Shown here piece by piece: positions 28,612 through 38,617 of a stretch of 64,000 bases of DNA. A program made the translations under genes and the position numbers. The notes below the pieces were generated by a model that saw nothing but the letters and a program-made list of their open reading frames with translations, was not told the origin of the DNA and searched no databases. The stretch comes from Candidatus Campbellbacteria bacterium (lineage in GTDB: Bacteria; Patescibacteriota; Minisyncoccia; Phycocordibacterales; EsbW-18), in assembly GCA_024653945.1 (NCBI GenBank), contig JANLIT010000004.1:77281-141280 (forward strand), in the 5' to 3' direction. Positions within the stretch are counted from its first letter, which is position 1; each line of letters begins with the position of its first letter.

Positions 28612-28646
28612 ATGTTAGTGTGTATTAGGAGTGCTTATAAGTACAA

Positions 28647-29321
28647 CTATTCTACCACCACTTCTTCAATGACAATATCGTGCTGTTTTTTCTTTTTCTT
28701 TTTGTGGTAATACAGAAAAACAACCAGGGCCAGAGCACAAGCAATAAGAATAGTGTTTTGTGCGCCCTCTACTACTGTTGAATACCCGAGATAGAAATTA
28801 CCAAATTGCCACCCAATAAATCCTGACCACATTGAACGAACAATGGTGCCAAAAAAGGTGTGGAGAAAAAATGGTAGTGGACGCCAACGAACAAGACCAC
28901 AAAACACATTGATTGCCACACTTGGTGTAAGTGGAAATGATCGTGCGGCAAAGAGAAGCACATCATCCCACGTGTGACCCTCCATATACAGACGCATCTT
29001 CTCAACTTCATCCCACGACACGCCCATGTACTTTCCATATTTCACCACAATGGGTTTTCCTCCCCAATACACAATGCCGTAAATAATAAGAGAGCCGAAA
29101 GAAAGACCGACAGCAATAGGTAACCCGACATACAAAAAGAGTTTCAAAAATGCAGCCGTTGAGAGTGCTGTTCCTTCAAGAAAAAAGAAACCCGCTGACA
29201 CCGTAACCAGTGTTGAAGGAATTGGTGGAATAATTTCTTGCAAAAAACCGAGGGCCAAAACGCCCCACGGACCAATGGAAACAAAAAGTGCTTGAGCAAA
29301 TGAAAGAAGGTTATCTAACAT
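28647..29321 (-). CDS. DedA/VTT-family membrane protein
   Basis: QEIIPPIPS, YWGGKP, ARSFP, multiple TM segments. Confidence 0.85.
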   Translation of the reverse strand: MLDNLLSFAQALFVSIGPWGVLALGFLQEIIPPIPSTLVTVSAGFFFLEGTALSTAAFLKLFLYVGLPIAVGLSFGSLIIYGIVYWGGKPIVVKYGKYMGVSWDEVEKMRLYMEGHTWDDVLLFAARSFPLTPSVAINVFCGLVRWRPLPFFLHTFFGTIVRSMWSGFIGWQFGNFYLGYSTVVEGAQNTILIACALALVVFLYYHKKKKKKQHDIVIEEVVVE

Positions 29322-29569
29322 AAGGTTGATTTTTAATGAACGGAGTGAGTATAAGGTAAACCTTTCTCCAACATCGCTCGGATGTCATGCAAACAAGATC
29401 GTTTGCGCGACACTCCTCGCTTATTGGAGTAAAAATCACCACCCCGCCCTTTTATGCCAAAAAAGATGGGTTGTTCAGGAGTGTATGATTTTGTTGCTAT
29501 GGGTATCATGCTGTATGGCGTTATTCAAGAGAAAGGGCTGGGTTGTGAAAAATATAGTCGCCACGCTCC

Positions 29570-32101
29570 TTATTTTTCAACAACCTTCCATTCTCCACTT
29601 TCAATAAGTCCTTCTGCTTTTTTATATTTCATTTCCTGTGTTGTGGTTCCATTGGTGATGGTAACAACATCGTTACGTCCAAAATGTTCAATACTTTTTG
29701 CCTGAGCTGGTGCTGATGAAGAATCATTTCCAATCATTTGAAGACGCGCCCGTTCACGACGCAACTGTTCTTCTTCTTTCGTAAATGCCCCCGCACCAAT
29801 TTGAGGCACCATACTTATAACGTGCCCAACAATTGATGCCTCCATCCTTCTAAATGCCATCAAACCCTCTTTTTGATATTCAACAAGTGGGTCACGCTGA
29901 CCATACGCACGAAGATTGACACTACTACGCGTAAAGTCCATGAGTTCAAGGTGATCAATCCAAAAGACATCAATTGCCTGCAACATAAGCCGGCGGGCCA
30001 CTTCTAAAAAAGGACCTTCACCAAGTTCTTTCTTTTTTTGCTCGAGAATGCGTGTCACATCCTCATCACCATCTATCATCTCAAATAGAATACGCTCTAT
30101 ATCTGCGTGTTCGCCAAGTATAAGTGCCTTTCGACGGTCATAAATAGTCTTTCGTTGTGTGTTCATCACGTCATCAAACTCAAGCACGTGTTTTCGTACA
30201 TCAAAGTTAAGGCCTTCAATTTTTTTCTGAGCAGCTTCAAGTGATCGGTTAATGAGTTTATTTTCAATAGGTACATCCTCAGGAATACCGAAACGACCCA
30301 TCATACGTTTTACCACATCAGACGCAAACACGCGCATCAATGAATCTTCAAGTGATACAAAAAAATGTGTTTCACCGGGATCTCCCTGACGGCCCGAACG
30401 ACCACGCAACTGATCATCAATACGACGCGCTTCGTGTCGTTCGGTTCCAAGTACAAACAAACCACCGAGTTGTTTCACCTCCTCGTGTTCTTCGAGTGTT
30501 GCAAGTGCGCCACCGAGTTTAATATCAACTCCTCGTCCTGCCATGTTTGTTGCAACTGTTACTGAACCCTTTCGTCCTGCTTGTGCAATCACCTCTCCTT
30601 CTTGCTCGTGCATTTTTGCATTAAGAATGGTGTGTGGGATGCCTTCGTTGTGAAGATGCATGGCAAGCAATTCGTTTTTTTCAATAGACACCGTACCAAT
30701 CAACACCGGCTGACCTTTGTCATGTGCTTCTTTCACCCGTTTTGCTATCGCCTCAAATTTCCCTTTCTCTGTTTGGTAAATGAAGTCATTGTGGTCAGTG
30801 CGCGCACTTGGACGATTTGTTGGAATAGGAATCACATCAAGTCCATACACTTTGAAAAATTCTTCGGAACTTGAGAACGCCGTTCCCGTCATGCCCGAAA
30901 GCTTTTTATACATGCGGAAGTAGTTTTGATAGGTAATGGAAGCAAGCGTTCGGGACTCTTCTTGAATACGTGCACCCTCTTTCGCTTCAATAGCTTGGTG
31001 CAACCCCTCTGACCATCGTCGTCCTGGTTGAAGTCTTCCCGTAAATTCATCAACAATGATAACTTCCCCGTCGCGCACGACGTACTCTTTGTCTTTTTTG
31101 TAGAGTGCCTTCGCCTTTACCGCCGATTCAAGGTGGTGCACATACCGAACACCTGCGTCAGTATAGATATTCTCTAGTCCGAGTATCTTCTCGGCTTTAC
31201 TAATGCCCGATTCGGTAAGTAATATCGCGTGTTTTTTCTCATCTACCTCATAGTCCTCTTCTTCTGTAAGATGGTTAGCTATTTCAGCAAACGTTGTGTA
31301 CAGTTTTTCGGACTCATTTGTGGCAATAGAAATGATGAGCGGTGTGCGAGCTTCATCTATCAAAATTGAGTCAATTTCATCAACAATGGCGAAAGAGTGT
31401 CCTCCATTTTTTGGCATACGTTGAGATAAGTCCTCTTTTCTGTACACGGTGTTGTCACGTAAATAGTCAAAACCAAACTCGCTGTTTGTACCATACGTGA
31501 TGTCAGCGGCGTATGCGTCTCGTTTTTCACATGGGCGTAAAAATTCGTACACAATTTTAAACGAACCAACCTCATCACGCCTTTCATCCACCTCTAGATG
31601 AGCCGGATCATACAAAAATGATTGACGCTGACTGTTTACGACACCGATTGAAAGACCGAGAAAAGAAAAGACTTGCCCCATCCACACCGCGTCACGTCGA
31701 GCAAGATAATCATTGACCGTCACGATGTGTACACCACTTTCTGTTAGTGCGTTGAGATATGCGGGAAGCGTTTCAACAAGGGTTTTTCCTTCTCCTGTTC
31801 GCATTTCAGCAATTGCACCACGGTGCAACATAATTCCACCAATGAGTTGCACATCATAGTGTCGTTGTTTAAGTGTTCGTTGTGCCGCTTCACGTACAAC
31901 AGCAAAAGCTTCAGGAAGAATGTCCTCGAGTGTTTCTCCGCTTACGAGACGACTCCTGAATTCATCAGTTTTTGCGCGAAGTTCTACGTTAGAAAGCGCC
32001 TGTGTGGCGGTCTCAAAACTGTTTATCTGCACGACAATCGGCTGAAGGGCCGAAAGGGTCCGTGACGCATCACTTCCGAACAATTTGCTGAAAAACTCCA
32101 T
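29570..32101 (-). CDS. secA: Preprotein translocase ATPase SecA
   Basis: EMRTGEGKT, VDEIDSILIDEARTPLIIS, ATNMAGRG, QLRGRSGRQGDPG. Confidence 0.97.
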   Translation of the reverse strand: MEFFSKLFGSDASRTLSALQPIVVQINSFETATQALSNVELRAKTDEFRSRLVSGETLEDILPEAFAVVREAAQRTLKQRHYDVQLIGGIMLHRGAIAEMRTGEGKTLVETLPAYLNALTESGVHIVTVNDYLARRDAVWMGQVFSFLGLSIGVVNSQRQSFLYDPAHLEVDERRDEVGSFKIVYEFLRPCEKRDAYAADITYGTNSEFGFDYLRDNTVYRKEDLSQRMPKNGGHSFAIVDEIDSILIDEARTPLIISIATNESEKLYTTFAEIANHLTEEEDYEVDEKKHAILLTESGISKAEKILGLENIYTDAGVRYVHHLESAVKAKALYKKDKEYVVRDGEVIIVDEFTGRLQPGRRWSEGLHQAIEAKEGARIQEESRTLASITYQNYFRMYKKLSGMTGTAFSSSEEFFKVYGLDVIPIPTNRPSARTDHNDFIYQTEKGKFEAIAKRVKEAHDKGQPVLIGTVSIEKNELLAMHLHNEGIPHTILNAKMHEQEGEVIAQAGRKGSVTVATNMAGRGVDIKLGGALATLEEHEEVKQLGGLFVLGTERHEARRIDDQLRGRSGRQGDPGETHFFVSLEDSLMRVFASDVVKRMMGRFGIPEDVPIENKLINRSLEAAQKKIEGLNFDVRKHVLEFDDVMNTQRKTIYDRRKALILGEHADIERILFEMIDGDEDVTRILEQKKKELGEGPFLEVARRLMLQAIDVFWIDHLELMDFTRSSVNLRAYGQRDPLVEYQKEGLMAFRRMEASIVGHVISMVPQIGAGAFTKEEEQLRRERARLQMIGNDSSSAPAQAKSIEHFGRNDVVTITNGTTTQEMKYKKAEGLIESGEWKVVEK

Positions 32102-32186
32102 AAAATATAGACCGTGGACTGAATTATAACACAAAACCCCACCAGAGGCGGCAACGGTCACTTTTAGTGACCGAAAATTAAATCGC

Positions 32187-32349
32187 TGTATACAAAAAAT
32201 CGCCCGAAGGTGCGCGTGGTTGCTTTTAAAGCAACCACAAATAAAATGCTTGTATACAAAAAATCGTCTGAAGGTGCGGGTGATTGCTTAAGGCAATCAC
32301 AAATAAGGTGCTTGTATACAAAAAATCGCCCGAAGGCGATTTTTTGTAT
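32187..32349. repeat. 2.5 tandem ~63-bp units ending in a terminator hairpin
   Basis: TGTATACAAAAAATCG(C/T)C(C/T)GAAGG at 32187, 32251 and 32313; internal hairpin GTG(G/A)TTGCT..GCAA(C/T)CAC. Confidence 0.85.
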
Positions 32350-32367
32350 GTGGGACAAAGCGTGAGC

Positions 32368-32445
32368 TTACGCTCGACGCTTTGCAGCTTTTCGCTTTGG
32401 AGCGCGCTTTGCAGCCTTTCGCTTTGCAACTTTCTTTTTTGCCAT
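32368..32445 (-). CDS. 25-aa Lys/Arg/Ala-rich histone-H1-like peptide
   Basis: MAKKKVAKRKAAKRAPKRKAAKRRA*; followed directly by a terminator hairpin. Confidence 0.75.
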   Translation of the reverse strand: MAKKKVAKRKAAKRAPKRKAAKRRA

Positions 32446-32575
32446 AATGTTGAATCGTGGTACCACGATTGATAAGGGTTTGGTAAACGTCGACCAACAC
32501 GAACGTACACATTAGCGTGTACATCTGTTTACTACTAAAAGTATCGTTCATATTGACACACAACACAATGTTTTT

Positions 32576-32594
32576 TGTGCATAAGTGTGGATAA
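32576..32594 (-). promoter_or_regulatory. Two tandem DnaA-box-like sequences
   Basis: Minus strand TTATCCACA-C-TTATGCACA. Confidence 0.5.
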
Positions 32595-32689
32595 CCCATC
32601 TGCACTTCGTGCAGAAAGTTCAAAGTACAAATTTCAAAACCAAAAAACATATTCCCGTCTTTATGTTTTTCTTCTTCGTGTATCACTTT

Positions 32690-33736
32690 TTATTTCATCA
32701 TCACAACCTCTTTTTCAATTTGAATTCCTGTTTTTTCAAAAACAATTTCTCCTATGTGCTCCGCAAATGTGTACACTTCATCAGCGGTTGCGCCATGTTC
32801 TGTCACCAATACTAACGGCTGTTGTTCAAAAAGAAATACTCGGCCCTCTTTAAAACCCTTAAAATTACAGACTTCATCAAGCACCCAGGCAAGGGGGATC
32901 TTTACGCGCACAGAATCAACAGGAAAACTTGGCATTTCAGGATACTTTTGCAACAAGGACTCATACACACCTTTTGCAATGATTGGATTTTTAAAAAATG
33001 AGCCCGCGGTGCCAAATATGCTCATGTCGGGAAATTTTTGCGCTCGTATCTGAAGAACCGCTTCACGAATATTCGATGGATTTTGAGGCAGTGTACCCTT
33101 TTTGGAAAAAAAGAGGGACACATCTTTATACTCCATTGAGGGGGTAAAGTTTTTTGAAAGTGTATATGCAACTCGGGTTACTGTGTATGACTTTCCTTTT
33201 TCTGATTTAAAAATACTGTCACGATATCCAAAACGACATTCATTGCAAGAAAGTTTTTTGCTCACGAGTGTGCGTGTGTCAAACACTTCAACGTATGCAA
33301 TATGAGCACCAACCTCAACACCATAGGCTCCTATATTTTGCACAGGTGATGCTCCAACACTTCCAGGAATACCCGAGAGGTTTTCTAGACCCGAAAGACC
33401 CCGTGCCACCGTGTCCGCAACAAAGGTGTCCCAACTTTCTCCTCCAGCACATACAGCAAGCACTGTTTGTGTATCTATATTTTCATACAAAATACCCTTC
33501 ATTTGCATATACACAACAACCCCTTCATACATTCCATCAGGAATAAGAACATTGGAACCACCACCTAAGACAAAAATGGGTAGATTTTTTTCACGTGCAA
33601 AAAGAGTTGCATCTCGAAGTTCTTCTACGGACGCCACGGAAGCAAAATAGCGTGCATTTCCACCAATGCGCAGTGTGGTATACGGCGCAAGGGGCTCATT
33701 TTCTCTACACACGAACTCGTGTGCGTTTCTGGTCAT
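32690..33736 (-). CDS. murB: UDP-N-acetylmuramate dehydrogenase
   Basis: LGGGSNVL, GIPGSVGASPVQNIGAYG, FGYRDSIFK, TAGSFFKNP; start uncertain. Confidence 0.95.
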   Translation of the reverse strand: MTRNAHEFVCRENEPLAPYTTLRIGGNARYFASVASVEELRDATLFAREKNLPIFVLGGGSNVLIPDGMYEGVVVYMQMKGILYENIDTQTVLAVCAGGESWDTFVADTVARGLSGLENLSGIPGSVGASPVQNIGAYGVEVGAHIAYVEVFDTRTLVSKKLSCNECRFGYRDSIFKSEKGKSYTVTRVAYTLSKNFTPSMEYKDVSLFFSKKGTLPQNPSNIREAVLQIRAQKFPDMSIFGTAGSFFKNPIIAKGVYESLLQKYPEMPSFPVDSVRVKIPLAWVLDEVCNFKGFKEGRVFLFEQQPLVLVTEHGATADEVYTFAEHIGEIVFEKTGIQIEKEVVMMK

Positions 33737-33807
33737 ACATGACCGGCGGGTGCGAAGCTCCATGTGTTGTTCTATGTGAGTGCAGCCGCCGGTCATGTAC
33801 AAACAGA

Positions 33808-33840
33808 ACCGCCTTCCATTCTACATGAATGGAAGGCGGT
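33808..33840. terminator. Terminator-like hairpin
   Basis: ACCGCCTTCCATTC-TACAT-GAATGGAAGGCGGT. Confidence 0.65.
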
Positions 33841-33896
33841 GCAAAAGCTTTTTTTCGTCAACCCGTCTAAGCGAGGTTTAACCTCGCCAAAGAAAG

Positions 33897-34382
33897 CTAC
33901 TCAAGCACTTGTGGTTCTTCTGCTACGACCTCTTCTGTAACTGGCTCTACTTGTGCCACTGGTGCTGGCTGATTTGTGGTCGCCTTTTTCAAAGATTCTT
34001 TGTATTGGTTTATTGACGCAATAACCTGGGATGATTCGCGCAGTGGTTGGATTATGAGAATGTGTTCTCGGTTAATGAACATGGTATCTTCTGGTGCGTG
34101 AAGTTCATTTCCACTTTTTTGCAAAATAAACTCTGGACGCTCTGCTGTGCCACCTTGTTGTAGATAGAACGCGTCCACAAGAATTACATCCCTGTAATTC
34201 ATGGACTCAATTTTTCCAAAAAAGACTTGGTTGGTTGTCAAAAAGACAGCAACATATGTTGATTCACCTATGAGGGCACTATCTGAACCAAGAAGCGTGT
34301 CATACGAGTACCACGTGGCACCACCAACAAGCCCACCAAAAAGAATCATGACAATGACAGAAGATATCGTTAGTTTTTTCAT
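33897..34382 (-). CDS. Hypothetical membrane-anchored protein
   Basis: N-terminal TM; AVFLTTNQVFFGKI..YLQ..GNELHAPED.M.INR. Confidence 0.8.
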   Translation of the reverse strand: MKKLTISSVIVMILFGGLVGGATWYSYDTLLGSDSALIGESTYVAVFLTTNQVFFGKIESMNYRDVILVDAFYLQQGGTAERPEFILQKSGNELHAPEDTMFINREHILIIQPLRESSQVIASINQYKESLKKATTNQPAPVAQVEPVTEEVVAEEPQVLE

Positions 34383-34612
34383 ACTATATACTATTAAAAA
34401 TTAAAATTACACTACGACGCCATTAAAATATGTATCCACTAAGGACTATAGTATACAGTGTTACACTCATAAAAAAATGTCCGTGTGGATATGTACTAAA
34501 CGAAAACTCCACCCAAGGGGCGGAGCTTTCGCAGAACATCTGTGGAGTAGCTTAACACGCTACCGCACTCACACTAGTATCATAGCATAGTGATACAAAA
34601 AAAGCAAGTGGA

Positions 34613-36835
34613 TTATTGTGCAACATTTTGAGGCTGTGCATCTTTTCCACCCTGTATTGCCTCTCGCAGTATCGGCACACCTTTTGCAAACTCTGTGTTT
34701 ATACTGGCGGCATCATCAACAAGTTGTAAGGCCTTTTGTGTGTTGCCCGCATCGGTGAGCTCATTAATTTTTGAAAGGTAGTTATCAATATTTCCACTTG
34801 TAAGGAGCTCGCCACGAAGTAGCTGGAAGACGATGCCCTCCACCACACTGTCAAAATCGGTCATTTCTCCACGCCGATATTCTTCAGAAATAAGATGTGC
34901 GGTTGTTGTTCCAAACGTTTTTTGTGCAAAAGCGTCCACTTCAGATACCATCTTCATATTAAACAGTAGTGCAAGATACCGTGTGGCATATTCCTGACTT
35001 TCGGGGGCAAGTACTACTAGCCTTTCAAATACCTTGCGCGCTTGTTCTGATTCTCCCTGCAACAACAGCACCATGCCGTATTCACTCAAAAACATCTGTC
35101 TGTTTGGGTTAAGTGCTAACAGCTCTTCAAAAAGACGAATTGCCTCATCAAAATTCCCGAGGCGCGCCTCAAAAATTGCCATGAAATATTTAGGTCGTGT
35201 ATTAAGTGGGTCTTCTTGCACAGCCATGCGCGCCTCATCATATGCACGAGAGAGATATGCTTGTTTTATATCATTAGATGCGTTGCTAGACGCGAGGGTG
35301 AATGCAACACGGCTCAATTGCAAACGTGATTCATCTTTTCCTATTGAATCTTTGAGTGCTCGCTCAAAAAACGGAAGTGTTGCGACTGGGTCTTGGCCCC
35401 CTCCTATGTACGTAAGGCCTGTAATAAGAGATTGTGACGCAATAATATGAGGAATAGAAGTTGTATATGCCAGTATGAGTATCGCCACCACACCAACATA
35501 GGAAGTGCCTCGACGAATAGATGCATTTTGTATAAGGAAAGTATTACTATTCTTTTCCACAACCACCTGGTGATATGCACTTGAAAATGATTCAATAAAA
35601 CCAATAAAAGAAAAGAAGAAGATGTAGCTGATGAGATTATCAAATACAAAAACATTGTGAACAAAATATCCAGCAAGCAATCCTGTGAAGAGTGCTCTCT
35701 CTGGAACAGAGAGCTGCGTTGTTGGGCGCCAGAGTACTATGAGTGAAATAACAAACAATGAAAGATAGGAGAGAAGGCCGAGAATACCCGCAGAAATAAG
35801 CCAATCAAAAAAGACACTGTGTGCTCGGTCAAACCACGGCTCTTGAATATACATTCGTGGGTCATAGTACTTTCCAAACACCACAATGAAGTTGTCCTGA
35901 CCCCAACCAAGAATGGGTCGTTCAAGAAAACCATTTTTTGCAATACTTCCCCACAACACAAGGCGTGACTGAACCGTCTGCCCAGATAACGACGTGTTCG
36001 CAATACGTGAAAGAAACTGGCTGTTCTGAACAAACGAGCTTTTGCGAATTCCAAAAAACATCCCCGCTCCAAGAACCATAAGAATAATAAAACCAATTGA
36101 TATCTTTCTGAGGCGTGCTACGTCTTTTCCCTTCCATGCAATAAGAATTGCGGTAAGGAATAACCCACCAACAAGACCGAGGAGTGTTCCGCGAGTTCCT
36201 GTGTAGTACAGTGTCACGAACTGCAAAACAAGCGCAAGTACATAGAAAATTGAGAGTGGACGCGATGAATACTTTTTATACAAAAACCACAGCGTTACAA
36301 AAATATGGAAAAGCATGTACACAGCCAAATAAATTGAGTTGCCTAATGTTGCGTCCACCCTGTCTCCACCTTGAGACATTGCAAGAACACCCACAAGTTG
36401 CAACATGGCATAGAGACCTACTCCTGCACTGGCAACGATTGATGTATTCCAAAACTTCACCCAAAAATTCTTTTTTGTTAACACAGAAAATGCTACAAAA
36501 AAGTATGCACAAAGGTACAGAAATGTAACGAGACCATCCATGCGCTCAAAATTACTCCACAAACTTCTTTGAAAATTAACACCAAAAATATCAGCGAGTG
36601 TGACGATACTAAAAAATACCAAGATACTTAACACCAACGGAGAGCGGTGTGGAAGATATGATTTGTCAATAAGTACGAGGGCAAACCACAGTGCAAGGAG
36701 AATGCCAACGATAATTCGAAAGATAAACGCCTTTCCTGTAATAAAGGGAAAGAATAGTGACCCCGTTACCACAAATGGAATGAAGGGGACAAGAAATAGG
36801 CCTGCTACTAAAACTTTTTCAAGAATGCGTTGCAT
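34613..36835 (-). CDS. O-antigen ligase-like membrane protein with C-terminal TPRs
   Basis: About 12 TMs, ATLGNSIYLA, TGTRG, RPILGWGQDNF, DRAHS; TPR-like helices. Confidence 0.88.
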   Translation of the reverse strand: MQRILEKVLVAGLFLVPFIPFVVTGSLFFPFITGKAFIFRIIVGILLALWFALVLIDKSYLPHRSPLVLSILVFFSIVTLADIFGVNFQRSLWSNFERMDGLVTFLYLCAYFFVAFSVLTKKNFWVKFWNTSIVASAGVGLYAMLQLVGVLAMSQGGDRVDATLGNSIYLAVYMLFHIFVTLWFLYKKYSSRPLSIFYVLALVLQFVTLYYTGTRGTLLGLVGGLFLTAILIAWKGKDVARLRKISIGFIILMVLGAGMFFGIRKSSFVQNSQFLSRIANTSLSGQTVQSRLVLWGSIAKNGFLERPILGWGQDNFIVVFGKYYDPRMYIQEPWFDRAHSVFFDWLISAGILGLLSYLSLFVISLIVLWRPTTQLSVPERALFTGLLAGYFVHNVFVFDNLISYIFFFSFIGFIESFSSAYHQVVVEKNSNTFLIQNASIRRGTSYVGVVAILILAYTTSIPHIIASQSLITGLTYIGGGQDPVATLPFFERALKDSIGKDESRLQLSRVAFTLASSNASNDIKQAYLSRAYDEARMAVQEDPLNTRPKYFMAIFEARLGNFDEAIRLFEELLALNPNRQMFLSEYGMVLLLQGESEQARKVFERLVVLAPESQEYATRYLALLFNMKMVSEVDAFAQKTFGTTTAHLISEEYRRGEMTDFDSVVEGIVFQLLRGELLTSGNIDNYLSKINELTDAGNTQKALQLVDDAASINTEFAKGVPILREAIQGGKDAQPQNVAQ

Positions 36836-36881
36836 GTTGGAGATACTATAGCACCTTGAGAGGAGCTGGGCGAATAGTATT

Positions 36882-37619
36882 CTATCCCTTTTTTGTTCCC
36901 CAAATACAGACCGCGGGAAGCATTTTTTCTAATATGTGTATATCTTTTGTAGTAGCACTAATTTTTTCCTCTAGAATATTTACTAAAGAGAGTATTTCAT
37001 GTAAATCACTTGTGTGTGTATTTTTAAGCAAGGCGACGAGAGACGGATTATTGTGCCATGTTACTTTTTCTATTTTTACACCACCTTGTTGAAGGGTATC
37101 TGTAACACGTGAGAAGTTCACATACGCAGCAAATTTTGTTTCAGGAATCAACTTCTTTACAAAAGAATACTTTTTGGACAGGTTACAGAGTGCAACATGA
37201 AAATGTTCCTTGAGATTTGAAGGATAGAGCGCGTGTCCAAGGTCATACAAATGAATGATGCGTCCGTTTGATTTCAAAAGGTCAACAGAAAACTGTAAGA
37301 ATGTTTCTAAATCTTTGACATGTTCAAGAACACTTAAAGACACAACGACATCAAACATACCCCTCCACCTTTCTTCATCTTCACCATATCCTAAACGCCC
37401 CTCAACTGAGGCTGTTGGAAATGATTTGAGTATCGTGCGGGCTTGAGCTGCTTCGCTCTTGTTTGGTTCAAATCCCACATATCGCATCTGTGGATATTTT
37501 TTGAGAAGTTCAATGAAATTCTTTGACTGTCCCGATCCAAGATCTCCAATTGCCAAATCTGGCTTCTGTATCAACATCTTTTCAATTTCATCTATAACAA
37601 AGAATTTTGATGGTTTCAT
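36882..37619 (-). CDS. Class I SAM-dependent methyltransferase
   Basis: IGDLGSG, FDVVVSLSVLEHV. Confidence 0.85.
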   Translation of the reverse strand: MKPSKFFVIDEIEKMLIQKPDLAIGDLGSGQSKNFIELLKKYPQMRYVGFEPNKSEAAQARTILKSFPTASVEGRLGYGEDEERWRGMFDVVVSLSVLEHVKDLETFLQFSVDLLKSNGRIIHLYDLGHALYPSNLKEHFHVALCNLSKKYSFVKKLIPETKFAAYVNFSRVTDTLQQGGVKIEKVTWHNNPSLVALLKNTHTSDLHEILSLVNILEEKISATTKDIHILEKMLPAVCIWGTKKG

Positions 37620-37629
37620 AGAATAGGAA

Positions 37630-38376
37630 CTACCCTTGTAATCTTTGAAACTTTTGACGAGGTATGGCAAGCACATCAATCACAATTCCCCCTTGATTGA
37701 AAAAAAACAGTTTTGGCTCGTACCATAACACAATCATCCATAAATAAAAAAATCGGTTTCCATTAACATAAAATGTATAGTCTTTAAGTGCTTTGTGAAT
37801 TTTTTTTAAAGGGTGTTTGTTATTCTTCCTGAGGTCTGGCAAAAAAAATTCAAAAAAGATAAAAGGTTTGTACTGTTTGATTGTGTTCTTGGCCCCCTCA
37901 AACACTTCCGGCTCATGTCCCTCTACATCAATCTTGATAAAATCTACCTGACCTAAGTTAAGGCTATCTAGTGTTTTAAGTGGCACGTTTCCACCTTCAT
38001 GTATTGCAAACGCACCAGTGTTAGTGGAATCGGGTGTTGTCATTGTTACAGTGCCATTTTTTGCCCCCAACGCACACTCGTGAACCTCAACATTAGTTAT
38101 TTTGTTTTGCTCTATATTTTTATAAAGATATTTTCTATTTTCTGTGACTGGCTCAAAAGCGTGTACTCTGTGGGAAGCTTTGGCTAGAGGAATGACCGTG
38201 GTGCCTATATGTGCTCCTATATCCAACACAACACTATCAGATGTAATGTATTTCAATATCGTTTCAATATTTTCTGAATAAAAAAACCCCGTCTTTTCAA
38301 AATGACGCGCCATTCTCGTATTGGTACTCACGTCAAATGTAAACTTACCGTACCTACTTTCAAAAGTTTTCTCCAT
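37630..38376 (-). CDS. FkbM-family methyltransferase
   Basis: LDIGAHIG, AFEP, IKIDVEGHE. Confidence 0.92.
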   Translation of the reverse strand: MEKTFESRYGKFTFDVSTNTRMARHFEKTGFFYSENIETILKYITSDSVVLDIGAHIGTTVIPLAKASHRVHAFEPVTENRKYLYKNIEQNKITNVEVHECALGAKNGTVTMTTPDSTNTGAFAIHEGGNVPLKTLDSLNLGQVDFIKIDVEGHEPEVFEGAKNTIKQYKPFIFFEFFLPDLRKNNKHPLKKIHKALKDYTFYVNGNRFFYLWMIVLWYEPKLFFFNQGGIVIDVLAIPRQKFQRLQG

Positions 38377-38485
38377 ACTATGTCAGAAAAAATGTTTATT
38401 ATATGTATTCACATGTTCACACAAATAGGATGGTAGCACATGATAAGAACTCACAGTAGGGACAAAAAAGAAAGTGTACGCTACA

Positions 38486-38604
38486 CCTTGTTAGAAATCT
38501 AACAGTTACAAACACTCTCATACTTTAAAAAACGCGATTGGTGTGTACAGCTAATACAATTGTCTACATGATGGAAACCATTTGGTTTCCCATTTCTAAC
38601 GGGG
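38486..38604 (+). mobile_element. MITE-like element, copy 2 (119 bp)
   Basis: TIR CCTTGTTAGAAAT/ATTTCTAACGGGG (11/13) with TACA direct repeats on both sides. Confidence 0.75.
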
Positions 38605-38617
38605 TACACTAGCATAT

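Noticed and set aside
32187-32349. CRISPR array
   Set aside because: The two intervening segments are near-identical rather than unique spacers, and no cas genes are present.
32576-32594. Replication origin
   Set aside because: Only two DnaA-like boxes, no dnaA/dnaN and no switch in gene orientation.
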